From assembly GCA_041689795.1 (NCBI GenBank), contig JBDNFN010000396.1, positions 16,122 to 80,121 of the forward strand: DNA of 64,000 nucleotides, read 5' to 3'. Both the position numbers and the translations under genes were made by a program. Positions within the stretch are counted from its first letter, which is position 1. The number at the start of each line of letters is the position of its first letter. The DNA comes from Fuerstiella sp. Its GTDB lineage: Bacteria; Planctomycetota; Planctomycetia; Planctomycetales; Planctomycetaceae. Positions 1 to 9,186 of the stretch are shown here, piece after piece. The notes under the pieces were generated by a model. The model worked only from the letters and a program-made list of their open reading frames with translations. It ran no database searches and was not told where the DNA came from.

Positions 1-560
1 CAGCTTGGATCAGACAGATCGGGTCCGCCAGTCTTGAATGTTTTTGCAGCGGCCGGCAGGAAGCCGACACGAGCTTCTTTCGCCTGTTCGCTGTTACCTG
101 GCACCATGATGTAAGGCGGCAGATAGTCACATGACGAGCCCATGCGATGTGCGACGATGGAACCAATGTCCGGCATTTCCAAAGGCCCGCCAGGCATTTC
201 ACCGGACAGCGCGTACTGCGTCCCCAACGGATGTCCGTTTGCGCCGGATTGGGTATGGTGCATGCCACGGATCACAGTCAGTCGGTCGGCCACCTGAGCT
301 GTCTTTGACAGCAGAGACGTAAATTGCAGACCAGGCACGTTGGTGGAGATCGGTTTAAACGGACTGCGATGCTCGGCAACGGCTTTGGGTTTTGGATCCC
401 AGGTGTCAATATGCGACAGGCCGCCCTGTTCGAGAATGACCAGTACGTTTTTGGCCTGAGCCGGTCGGCCACCGCTTTCCGCAGCAGCCGTCATGGCTGT
501 TCGGATTGATAATCCGCCTGCGATACCCAGGCCGATGAAACTACGTCGCTGATACTTCAT
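1..560 (-). CDS. DUF1501 domain protein (sulfatase-like planctomycete family), 5' part only; the gene runs off the left edge
   Basis: The minus-strand frame is open from ATG at 560-558 to the window edge. Translation is MKYQRRSFIGLGIAGGLSIRTAMTAAAESGGRPAQAKNVLVILEQGGLSHIDTWDPKPKA...VIRGMHHTQSGANGHP. This shows a twin-arginine signal and the DUF1501 N-terminal core, paralogous to 4855-6261. It is absent from the ORF track because the window truncates it. Confidence 0.8.
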   Translation of the reverse strand, partial: MKYQRRSFIGLGIAGGLSIRTAMTAAAESGGRPAQAKNVLVILEQGGLSHIDTWDPKPKAVAEHRSPFKPISTNVPGLQFTSLLSKTAQVADRLTVIRGMHHTQSGANGHPLGTQYALSGEMPGGPLEMPDIGSIVAHRMGSSCDYLPPYIMVPGNSEQAKEARVGFLPAAAKTFKTGGPDLSDPS

Positions 561-940
561 AGTAAAATAACTATGCTGAGCGCCGGGGGTTGCTGATCGC
601 AAATAGCGCTGGATGGCAGGAAAAAAGGGTGAGACCAATATGGTAACGGCACAACAGCCCATCACCAACAGCTTCGACTCGAACAAGTGTTTCTACCGCG
701 AACAAACAGCCGATCGCTCAAGAACTTCGTAACATGTCTGAAATGCGTCAAAACCGGATTCTTGCCGTGATTTTCTCTTGGGAGCTTAGAATCAGCTGCT
801 GTATCTGGTCAAACAAACGAGATTCAGGCGATTACGTAAAGTCTTAACTCAGGCCGTTCCAGCTACTGTTCAGGCCGGCTGCGTTGTTTTATTGAGTACC
901 TGGGTTGTCTGCATTAAATATTATTCAAGCAGCGTAGTCC

Positions 941-1765
941 ATGCCTTTCATCGATAGACGACCGATACGAGTGATGTTTCTGCTGCTGGTGTTTTCGAGC
1001 ACCATTGTGGTTGCACAGGAACCGAAGACGCTCGTCGCTTTTGGCGATTCCACGACAGCGAGGCGTGGCGATTTGAAAATCTACGCCGGACTGCTCCAGC
1101 GGGAATTACCTCAAGCTGGGCTGCCGATCCGCGTGGTGAACGCGGGCGTTGGGGGCCACAACACCGATCACGCTCGCGTTCGATTCGAAGCCGATGTGCT
1201 TGATTACAACCCGGATGTCGTTGTCATCCAGTTTGGGATTAACGATGCGGCGGTCGACGTTTGGAAAGATCCGCCTGCGACAGAACCGCGAATCTCGAAG
1301 GCACGCTACGTTGAGAATCTGCGTTACTTCGTCCGCACGCTCAAGGCTCGCAAAGTGCAGGTGATGCTTATGACGCCAAATCCGCTGCGATGGACGCCGA
1401 AGATGCTTACGCTGTATGGCAAGCCTCCGTACCTTCCCGCAGAACCAAACGGATTCAATATCAAGCTTCAGGAATATGCTGAAGCCGTCAGGCAGATCGC
1501 CAAATCTGAAGACGTCCTGTTGATCGATATTTATCGCAGCTTCAAACACTACGGAGAAACGGAAGGCAACAGCGTTGACGACCTCCTGCTGGATGGTATT
1601 CACCCCAACGAACATGGACATCGTATCGCTGCTGACCTGTTGATTGCAAAATTGCTGAAACAAAAAACGGCACAACGTCGGCTTAAGAGCCCCGATATTG
1701 CAATTAGAATTGTTGGCACCCCTGCGACTTCGCGTCTTAGGCTCGAAGCGGCTGGGACACCGTGA
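941..1765 (+). CDS. Secreted SGNH/GDSL-family hydrolase (esterase/lipase-like)
   Basis: 274-aa ORF with an N-terminal signal peptide (VMFLLLVFSSTIVVAQE). SGNH blocks are present: FGDSTT (block I Ser), GVGGHNT (block II), FGINDA (block III), DGIHPNEHGH (block V Asp/His). Confidence 0.85.
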   Translation: MPFIDRRPIRVMFLLLVFSSTIVVAQEPKTLVAFGDSTTARRGDLKIYAGLLQRELPQAGLPIRVVNAGVGGHNTDHARVRFEADVLDYNPDVVVIQFGINDAAVDVWKDPPATEPRISKARYVENLRYFVRTLKARKVQVMLMTPNPLRWTPKMLTLYGKPPYLPAEPNGFNIKLQEYAEAVRQIAKSEDVLLIDIYRSFKHYGETEGNSVDDLLLDGIHPNEHGHRIAADLLIAKLLKQKTAQRRLKSPDIAIRIVGTPATSRLRLEAAGTP

Positions 1766-1904
1766 GAAACTCCACGACGGATCGCTGCTGTACAAACCCG
1801 TCGCAACTCCGCTGACACGCCTCGGCCACAACCACTACAGCCGCTGGTATCCGAACGCCGGCTTCTAACGTTTGGCCTTGCGAGTAGATGATCCAGATAA
1901 TAGA

Positions 1905-2177
1905 TCACGAATGACTTGCAATCTTCGTGATCCAGGGGATGGGTTGTCGAGTTCTCGCCGAGCAGAACCGTAGTGTGTCCGACATCGCGTTAAGTCGACG
2001 GCGATCGACGAATCTTCGGAAAAGGGTCGTCAACAGGCTTCGCCGGTTTGCAGCCGCTGATTCAAATGTTTGATTTGCCGCCGGCTTGTGCTGCCGCGTT
2101 CTTAACGCGGCGACCTTGTGGACAATGGCACTGGCAATCAGTGTCCGTGCGAGATGATCGTCCGATATAGTCATCAA
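1905..2177 (-). CDS. Small hypothetical protein (90 aa), doubtful
   Basis: ORF only, with no recognisable motif. A perfect 9-bp inverted repeat (GATCACGAA N12 TTCGTGATC, 1903-1932) overlaps its stop codon and could be a terminator hairpin. Confidence 0.2.
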   Translation of the reverse strand: MMTISDDHLARTLIASAIVHKVAALRTRQHKPAANQTFESAAANRRSLLTTLFRRFVDRRRLNAMSDTLRFCSARTRQPIPWITKIASHS

Positions 2178-2323
2178 GTCGGGCGAGCATCGTAGGTGCT
2201 GAACTTTGACACCTTGTTGTTTCTGGTTCGTTTAACGCCTTTAAGACTGTCTCTACCGTGCTCCGTCCTCAATACTGTTTCCAACGCTGGATTTGGCGCG
2301 ACGGCAAAGTTACGATTTACAGA

Positions 2324-4816
2324 ATGCTGTACTTTGCAAAAACTATGCTCGTGGCGTGCTGTCTCTGTTGTGGGGTGACGGTTGTGGCACAGGATCCGTC
2401 CACGTTGGGTATCGAGTTTTTTGAGAAACGCGTTCGCCCATTACTGGTCAGGCATTGTTATTCATGTCACTCCCGGCAATCCGGAAAGTCGGAAGGGAAT
2501 CTGCTGCTGGATAGTCAGGACGGGTGGCAACGCGGCGGCGATCGAGGACCGGCAATTGTTCCCGGCGAGCCTGACGACAGCCTGTTGCTACATGCGATAC
2601 GTTACGCCGATCCTAATTTTCAAATGCCGCCCCAAAAGGCGTTAAGCAAAGACGACATAGCGCTGCTGGAACGATGGGTGTCCATCGGAGCGCCGGATCC
2701 ACGGACCGAATCTGCGGCACCGTTCATCAAACCGTCAGACCCTGTTGCAGGCCGCCAGCATTGGGCAATTCGCCCCCTGACGCGGTTTCAGCTGCCGATA
2801 CTCGAAAACGACCAATGGTCGCGCACAGCGATCGATTCGTTTGTGCTGGCAACGCTGAACGCGAACGACCTTTCGCCGAGTTCCGATGCAGATCTTCGAA
2901 CGCTGTGCCGCCGTCTGTATTTTCAGTTACACGGATTGCCTCCGTCGCCGCAACAGATGCAGGAGTTTCTTTCCGACACGGGCCCCGATTCGATTAATCG
3001 CCTGGTCGATAAGTTGTTGGACTCACCCGCTTTCGGACAACGCTGGGGACGCCACTGGCTGGATCTTGCCCGTTACGCCGACTCAAACGGCCTAGACGAA
3101 AACTTTCTTTTTCGCGAAGCATGGCGCTACCGAAACTGGGTCATCGATGCTGTCAACGAAGATAAGCGACTCGACCGGTTTCTTCTTGAACAGATCGCGG
3201 GCGACCTTCTGCCTTTCGCTTCTATCGAACAACGAGACCAGCAGCGAATCGCAACCGGTTTTCTTGTGATGGGCCCGAAGGTTTTGTTGGGGAACAGCCC
3301 GGACGAACGCATCATGGATGTTGCCGACGAGCAAATGGATACCATCGGTAAAACAGTCCTCGGTCAGACTCTTGGATGTGCGCGCTGCCATGACCATAAG
3401 TTCGACCCTGTCCCAACGACTGACTACTACGCTCTTGCTGGGATCTTCACGTCAACACGAGTTATGGAAACTCGCTTCATGCTCGGTCAGCAGCGAAACA
3501 TGGAACAGTTGATCGGGCTGGGCGCGGACGGTGACAGGACAGACGATGAATACGAACTATTCTGGCGGGAACGAGACAAACGGACCGAACGCCTGAAACA
3601 GGGACAGCAGGCACTGGAACTGCTGCAAAAGGACGACACAACGGGGCTGGCAGATTTTGCGAAGACTCACGCGGAGGTGGTTGCTGCGCCTGCGACTCAG
3701 GATGATCTGCCGAAGGAAGAACGAATTCAGGCCCAGCAGCAACGAATTGCCGAATTGGAAGCTGCGGCCACGCCGCCAACGATTCCACCGCGAGCGATGA
3801 TATCGGCCGAAAGCGACAAGCCCGCAAACGAACACATCCGCCTGGCGGGACAGTTTGATCAGCAACGAGACGAAGTGAACCGCGGATTCCTGCAGGTGTT
3901 TGGGGAATCCACAGAACGTATTCCCGATAATCAAAGCGGTCGGTTGCAACTTGGAGGCTGGCTGACGGACGTTGAAAACGGAGCGGGAAGGCTGGCAGCG
4001 CGAGTGTTATCAAATCGCATCTGGCACCATTTAATCGGCCGAGGAATCGTGCGAACGGTTGACAATTTCGGTCGTTCGGGAGAACCACCCACGCATCCCG
4101 AATTGCTCGATCATCTGGCTCAAACACTGATCGATTCCGGTTGGTCTACAAAATCCCTGATCCGGGAGATCGTGTTGAGCCGGACTTTTGCGATGAGCAG
4201 TCGGCACGATGACAACTCACATGCTGTCGACCCTGATAACCGTTGGCTTTGGCGAGCTCATCGTCGTCGCCTTGATCCGGAGTCATTTCGAGACGCCATG
4301 CTATCTGTCGCCGGTATTCTCGAATTGGAACAGGTGGATTCCACCGTGTCGTATCTCGGCGATCAGGCAACAGCAGTCGGCCAGAATGAAAATCGACGAC
4401 GAACCGATTTCAAGTGTCGCACTGTTTACCTGCCCGTCATTCGCAATGATCTGCCCGAACTATTGAATGTCTTCGATTTCGCAGATCCTCATGCGACAAC
4501 CGGCATGCGACCACAAACCATGGTGGCGACTCAGGGGTTGTTTGTACTAAACGACGAATCAGTTATGCAGGCCGCCGAAGAGACAGCCAGAAGACTTCTG
4601 ACGTCGACCGATAAGAAAGATAACCCTCCACTGGTGACTGAACTCTTCGAACGGGTTTTTAACGCAACACCAGACGAACAGGAACTTGCCGACGTGCTCG
4701 CCTTTCTGGATGCGTCGGTATCTTTGTCCAGCGATGGCCGGGAATCACAGGTCCAGGCCTGGACGATGGTGTGTCATGCTCTGTTTGCGTCAAGTCGATT
4801 TCATATCTTGGAATAA
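2324..4816 (+). CDS. PSCyt1 (planctomycete cytochrome c) / DUF1549 (PSCyt2) / DUF1553 (PSD) protein
   Basis: 852-aa ORF. The likely start is the internal Met at 2324, giving signal peptide MLYFAKTMLVACCLCCGVTVVAQD. It has a CYSCHS heme-type motif near the N-terminus, CARCHDHKFDP in the DUF1549 core, and NRIWHHLIGRGIVRTVDNFG in the DUF1553 core. The DUF1501 gene follows after 38 nt, which is the classic pairing. Confidence 0.9.
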   Translation: MLYFAKTMLVACCLCCGVTVVAQDPSTLGIEFFEKRVRPLLVRHCYSCHSRQSGKSEGNLLLDSQDGWQRGGDRGPAIVPGEPDDSLLLHAIRYADPNFQMPPQKALSKDDIALLERWVSIGAPDPRTESAAPFIKPSDPVAGRQHWAIRPLTRFQLPILENDQWSRTAIDSFVLATLNANDLSPSSDADLRTLCRRLYFQLHGLPPSPQQMQEFLSDTGPDSINRLVDKLLDSPAFGQRWGRHWLDLARYADSNGLDENFLFREAWRYRNWVIDAVNEDKRLDRFLLEQIAGDLLPFASIEQRDQQRIATGFLVMGPKVLLGNSPDERIMDVADEQMDTIGKTVLGQTLGCARCHDHKFDPVPTTDYYALAGIFTSTRVMETRFMLGQQRNMEQLIGLGADGDRTDDEYELFWRERDKRTERLKQGQQALELLQKDDTTGLADFAKTHAEVVAAPATQDDLPKEERIQAQQQRIAELEAAATPPTIPPRAMISAESDKPANEHIRLAGQFDQQRDEVNRGFLQVFGESTERIPDNQSGRLQLGGWLTDVENGAGRLAARVLSNRIWHHLIGRGIVRTVDNFGRSGEPPTHPELLDHLAQTLIDSGWSTKSLIREIVLSRTFAMSSRHDDNSHAVDPDNRWLWRAHRRRLDPESFRDAMLSVAGILELEQVDSTVSYLGDQATAVGQNENRRRTDFKCRTVYLPVIRNDLPELLNVFDFADPHATTGMRPQTMVATQGLFVLNDESVMQAAEETARRLLTSTDKKDNPPLVTELFERVFNATPDEQELADVLAFLDASVSLSSDGRESQVQAWTMVCHALFASSRFHILE

Positions 4817-4854
4817 GTCGCCGATCCCGGCCGGTAACGTCAGGAACACCTGTC

Positions 4855-6261
4855 ATGAAGTGTCATCAATTCGCTCCCACTGCCACTCGGCGCGATCTGC
4901 TGCGTACAAGTGCTGCCGGATTCGGTCAGTTGGCGCTTGCAGCGATGGCAGGAACGCAGGCTAGCGCTGACACGCAGTCTGCCTTCGCTCCGCTGCCGCA
5001 CACTCCGGCACGAGCCAAACGTGTTATTTTCTTATTCATGTGGGGTGGGCCGAGCCATGTCGATATGTTTGACCCGAAGCCGCGACTGAACTCTGAAGAC
5101 GGAAAAGAGCTCGCCGGCACGTCCGTTGGCAGCAAGAAGGAAAATCTTGGAAAACTGTTGGGCTCGCCGTTTAAGTTCAGTCAGCATGGGGACGGTGGCG
5201 TCTGGATCAGTGAATTGTATCCGCAGCTGGCTCAACACGCCGACAAGTTGTGCGTGATTCGTTCACTGCACACCGAAGGCAACGCGCACGGCGAGGCGCT
5301 GCTTCGGTTGCATACCGGTCAGGCGAATCTCGTGCGGCCGAGTGTCGGTGCTTGGGTAAGCTACGGGCTGGGCCGTGAAAACGAAAACCTGCCTGCCTTC
5401 GTTACTGTTTCGCCGCCGCGCGGGCATGGTGGTGTACAGAATTACGGCAACGCGTTTTTACCATCTGCCCATCAGGCGACAGCCATCGGATCTGCGGAAA
5501 TTCCTATTGCTGATGCTGTGGTGTCGAATCTCGGCAACAAGCGACTGACACCCGATCTGCAAAGAAACCAACTGGATTTGATTCAGTCGCTGAACCGCAG
5601 ACATCTGCAGAAAGTTGGTGTAGACGCAAACATGGAAGGACTCATTGCAAACTATGAGCTCGCATTTCGGATGCAGTCCACAATGCCACAGATCATGAGC
5701 CTTAATGACGAGACGAAAGCGACACTTGATCTGTACGGAATCGATAAGGAGCCGACAAACAACTTCGGAAGACAGTGTCTGCTGGCTCGCAAACTTGCGG
5801 AAAACGGCGTGCGGTACATTCAGGTGTCAACCGATTACACTTGGGACCACCACACGAAAGTTCGGGAAGGCAGCCTCACGGAGTCTGCCAAGGTGGATCG
5901 CCCGATCGCCGGACTGTTGGAAGATCTTTCGCGTCGAGGCCTGCTGGACGACACACTGATTGTCTGGGGTGCCGAATTTGGTCGCACCCCGATGATTGAG
6001 GGCGCCGACGGACGCAACCATCATCCACAAGGGTTCACCATGTGGCTGGCTGGCGGCGGAGTGAAAGGTGGATTCACATACGGTTCAACGGATGAGTTCG
6101 GTTACGCCCCGGTTGAGAATCCTGTGCACATGCACGATCTGCATGCGACAGTGCTGCACGCTTTAGGCCTTGACCACGAACGGCTGACCTATCGTTATGC
6201 CGGCCGCGATTTTCGGTTGACCGATGTTCATGGCAATGTCGCGCACGATGTTTTTGCGTGA
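4855..6261 (+). CDS. DUF1501 domain protein (Tat-exported, sulfatase-like fold)
   Basis: The start was moved to ATG 4855 (MKCHQFAPTATRRDLLRTSAAGFGQLALAAMAG, a twin-arginine signal). Core motifs are VIFLFMWGGPSHVDMFDPKP, IRSLHTEGNAHGEA and WGAEFGRTP. Confidence 0.9.
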   Translation: MKCHQFAPTATRRDLLRTSAAGFGQLALAAMAGTQASADTQSAFAPLPHTPARAKRVIFLFMWGGPSHVDMFDPKPRLNSEDGKELAGTSVGSKKENLGKLLGSPFKFSQHGDGGVWISELYPQLAQHADKLCVIRSLHTEGNAHGEALLRLHTGQANLVRPSVGAWVSYGLGRENENLPAFVTVSPPRGHGGVQNYGNAFLPSAHQATAIGSAEIPIADAVVSNLGNKRLTPDLQRNQLDLIQSLNRRHLQKVGVDANMEGLIANYELAFRMQSTMPQIMSLNDETKATLDLYGIDKEPTNNFGRQCLLARKLAENGVRYIQVSTDYTWDHHTKVREGSLTESAKVDRPIAGLLEDLSRRGLLDDTLIVWGAEFGRTPMIEGADGRNHHPQGFTMWLAGGGVKGGFTYGSTDEFGYAPVENPVHMHDLHATVLHALGLDHERLTYRYAGRDFRLTDVHGNVAHDVFA

Positions 6262-6419
6262 AGCTTCGACTGTGTCGCTGACGGCTTGTTCGCGGTCAGG
6301 CGCAAGATTCGCGGCAGGAACTGCGTATCGACTTGCAGCAGAAAACTGCGGGATGGAAATTCGCCATGAAACCGTTCGAAAACTAAACGCTAACCCAGAT
6401 CGCGACAAGGTATATTTTC

Positions 6420-9041
6420 ATGAGTAGCACCCAAGTCTCAGCGCTGGCCTGCCTGTTGTTCTTGCCTTCTGTTCTGATCGCGGCGGACGAACGAGAGCCG
6501 CAAATCGAAACGTTACAACCCGGCGTGACGCTGTCACTTGTCGCTGAACACCCTGGGCTCGCGACCCCGACCGGCATCGATGTCGACGATCAGGGTCGCG
6601 TCTGGGTGGTGGCGACTCACACGCATTTTCGCCCCGACGATTACGTCGGCCCGGAACACGACGAAATTCTGATTTTCACCGACAAAGACGGCGATGGAAG
6701 CATGGAAAGGCGGGATCTTTTCTATAACGCCACCGATGCGACCATGGATCTGGAACTTGGTCCGGACGGCTGGGTCTATCTTGCCGAGCGTGACAGAATC
6801 ATTCGTATCAAAGACTCTGACGGCGATGGCACAGCAGACGTAAAAGAGAATGTGGCGACGCTCGAAACGGAAGTCGACTATCCGCACAACGGCCTGGAGG
6901 GTCTGGCGTGGCATCCTGATGGGACTCTTGTGTTTGGGATCGGGGAAAACTTCGCCAAGCCGTGGACACTGACAGGCAGGGACGGCACTGCCATTAGCGG
7001 AACCGGTGAAGGCGGCATCTTTCGATGTTCGCCCGACGGAAAGAACCTGCTCAGGATAGCTCAGGGATTTTGGAACCCATTCGGGATTTGCGTTCGATCG
7101 GACGGTGAGATCTTCGCTGCCGAGAACGATCCCGGCGAACGGCCACCGTGCCGTCTGCTGCATATTGTTGAGGGCGGCGACTACGGCTATCAACGAACGT
7201 ATGGTTCTGAAGCTCATCATCCGTTCGTTGGCTGGAATGGTGAGCTTCGGGGAACTTTGCCCATGGTCCACCCATCAGGCGAAGCTCCCTGCGGCGTTAT
7301 GCCAATCGGCAACGGTCTACTCGTCCCATCGTGGAGCGATCATCGCATCGACTTTTTTCGCCTGCGTGCAAAGGGCGCCAGCTTCGAAGCCGACCGAATG
7401 CCGCTTGTGCAGGGCGGCCGCTATTTTCGCCCCAGCTGTATCGCCAGTGCCGACGACAACTCAGACGACAGTCGTTCAACACGCACGTGGTATCTCAGCG
7501 ACTGGGTTGATGGCCGCTATGAGGCACATGGATTTGGTCGGCTGTGGAAACTCGAAGTCGACCTGAACGAAGCCAAATGGGTCGGCGTCCTCACCCTTGA
7601 ACCGCCAACAAAGAATGCTCAACGAGCCGCCAAATTGAGAGATCCGAAGCTAACGCACAAACGCGGCGAGCTGCTTCGACTGGCTCAGAAAGAAGATCCG
7701 TTCCTCACGCGAGCCGCACTGCTTGCATTGGCACGAGACGCGTGCGAGTGGACACTGGATGTCGTCGCCACATTGTCGGCGGGCGATCGCGTTCAGGCGG
7801 TTTTGGCCCTAAAACTAGCTGAAGCGTCACCAGACGTTTGGGTGCCGACTTTACTGAACGACGAAAACGCTGACGTGCAGTTCGAAACCTTGCGTTGGAT
7901 CGCTGACGCAGGTTTGACTTCATTTCTGCCAGACGTTGAGAAGTTCCTGAACCGCAGCTATTTGGACTACCAGCGTTTTGAAGCGGCGATTGCGACCTGG
8001 AATACACTCAACGGAAAACCGGAAGATGGAATTCGCAATCCGGAATTGCTGCTCGCCAAAGTCAGCGATGGCAAGAGTGCCGCCAGTCTAAGAGCTTACG
8101 CATTGCGATTACTTCCGAACCAATCACGATCGGCACCCCAGGACGGCGTTTCACCTGTTCGAGCCTTCTCAAAGGGCCTCACGTTAGAGATCCTGCAACA
8201 ATTGTTGTCAGTTGATGATGAAGTGCTGTCACTGGAAGCCGTGCGTACACTCGCAGGAAATCCCCGTGTCTCAGAAAAGGTACTCGCAACGATCGCGGCC
8301 GATCAGACGCAAAGCTCAAAGCTGCGGACCGAAGCCGTAACGGGATTGGCAGACGTAACGAGTCAGCACACCGCTCTGCTGCTCCAGTTGGCAGATGACA
8401 CTAAGCGGGCGGTCCGTGAAGAGGCGCTGCGATGTCTACGCGGCGAAACTCGCTCCGTTGAAGAGATTCGCCAACTGAAAGAAATGGCATCTCGGCACCC
8501 AGAATCGGCGGACCTGTTTCAGGCCGTTCTGAATCCACGAACACTCAAAACCGGCCGCCCTGCCGTGACTGACACAGCGGCCTGGCTGGCAGCGCTGGAA
8601 GCGGTCGCAGGTAAACCAGATCCGGAAAGCGGTCGTCGCATTTTCCATCATACTCGTGTGGGACAATGTGCGCGGTGTCATCGGCACAACGGACGAGGTA
8701 ACGTTGTTGGTCCTGATCTAAGTCGTGTGAACAAACGGGAAGACCGGACATGGCTGCTCCAGTCAATTCTTGAGCCAAGCCGTCAGATGGCTCCGGAGTA
8801 CCTGCCGCGAACCATTGTGCTGAAAAGCGGGAAGACGTTCACCGGCATTCGGCTTCGATCGTCTACAAAAGAGGCGATGCGTGACGCCAATGGGCAGAAT
8901 CGCACATTCGACCGCAACGACATTGAATCGATGATTGAGGCCACGGTGTCATTTATGCCGCAGGATATCGTGAACACGCTGACACTTCGTGAGGTCCGCG
9001 ACCTTATCTCGTTTCTGGAAGACAGCAGTTCAGCCGAGTGA
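6420..9041 (+). CDS. PVC-type heme-binding CxxCH protein (beta-propeller dehydrogenase-like domain, HEAT-like repeats, C-terminal cytochrome c domain)
   Basis: 873-aa ORF with a signal peptide. The N-terminal region has repeated DGDG/DGxxY beta-propeller-like segments. The central part is a leucine-rich helical repeat region. The C-terminus carries GQCARCHRHNGRGNVVGPDLS (CxxCH). This architecture is typical of the Planctomycetes/Verrucomicrobia putative membrane-bound dehydrogenase plus heme-binding domain family. Confidence 0.8.
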   Translation: MSSTQVSALACLLFLPSVLIAADEREPQIETLQPGVTLSLVAEHPGLATPTGIDVDDQGRVWVVATHTHFRPDDYVGPEHDEILIFTDKDGDGSMERRDLFYNATDATMDLELGPDGWVYLAERDRIIRIKDSDGDGTADVKENVATLETEVDYPHNGLEGLAWHPDGTLVFGIGENFAKPWTLTGRDGTAISGTGEGGIFRCSPDGKNLLRIAQGFWNPFGICVRSDGEIFAAENDPGERPPCRLLHIVEGGDYGYQRTYGSEAHHPFVGWNGELRGTLPMVHPSGEAPCGVMPIGNGLLVPSWSDHRIDFFRLRAKGASFEADRMPLVQGGRYFRPSCIASADDNSDDSRSTRTWYLSDWVDGRYEAHGFGRLWKLEVDLNEAKWVGVLTLEPPTKNAQRAAKLRDPKLTHKRGELLRLAQKEDPFLTRAALLALARDACEWTLDVVATLSAGDRVQAVLALKLAEASPDVWVPTLLNDENADVQFETLRWIADAGLTSFLPDVEKFLNRSYLDYQRFEAAIATWNTLNGKPEDGIRNPELLLAKVSDGKSAASLRAYALRLLPNQSRSAPQDGVSPVRAFSKGLTLEILQQLLSVDDEVLSLEAVRTLAGNPRVSEKVLATIAADQTQSSKLRTEAVTGLADVTSQHTALLLQLADDTKRAVREEALRCLRGETRSVEEIRQLKEMASRHPESADLFQAVLNPRTLKTGRPAVTDTAAWLAALEAVAGKPDPESGRRIFHHTRVGQCARCHRHNGRGNVVGPDLSRVNKREDRTWLLQSILEPSRQMAPEYLPRTIVLKSGKTFTGIRLRSSTKEAMRDANGQNRTFDRNDIESMIEATVSFMPQDIVNTLTLREVRDLISFLEDSSSAE

Positions 9042-9186
9042 CTGGAACCGTCTGCCAAACACGCATTCCGTCGCCGTGGTAATGTTGAAGAACGCACGAC
9101 TTCGCAATCAGCCCCGCTTGAGTTGGCTTACCTGTTCTTTGAGAGTACTGTGTTGGCTACCGTCCACGCATTCCGGAGATGAAGAG

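Noticed and set aside
1106-1831. A 241-aa ORF antisense to the SGNH hydrolase gene. Similar long antisense or out-of-frame ORFs occur at 3477-4127, 6534-7271, 14217-14828, 15141-15650, 16588-17274, 40395-40955, 47683-48117, 50712-51176 and 58902-59462.
   Set aside because: Each lies entirely within, or antisense to, a gene with clear family motifs. They are Arg/Ser/Cys-rich with no recognisable motif. Such shadow ORFs are expected in moderately GC-rich coding DNA.
8989-9186. N-terminal extensions of ORFs in the track: 8989 for the ceramidase-like gene, 4771 for DUF1501, 2258 for PSCyt, 20040 for hemC, 13209 for trpF, 29952 for mtnA and 62023 for the histidine kinase.
   Set aside because: In each case an internal Met is immediately followed by a signal peptide or the conserved N-terminus of the family. 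The extension either overlaps the preceding gene or encodes non-homologous Arg/Cys-rich sequence.
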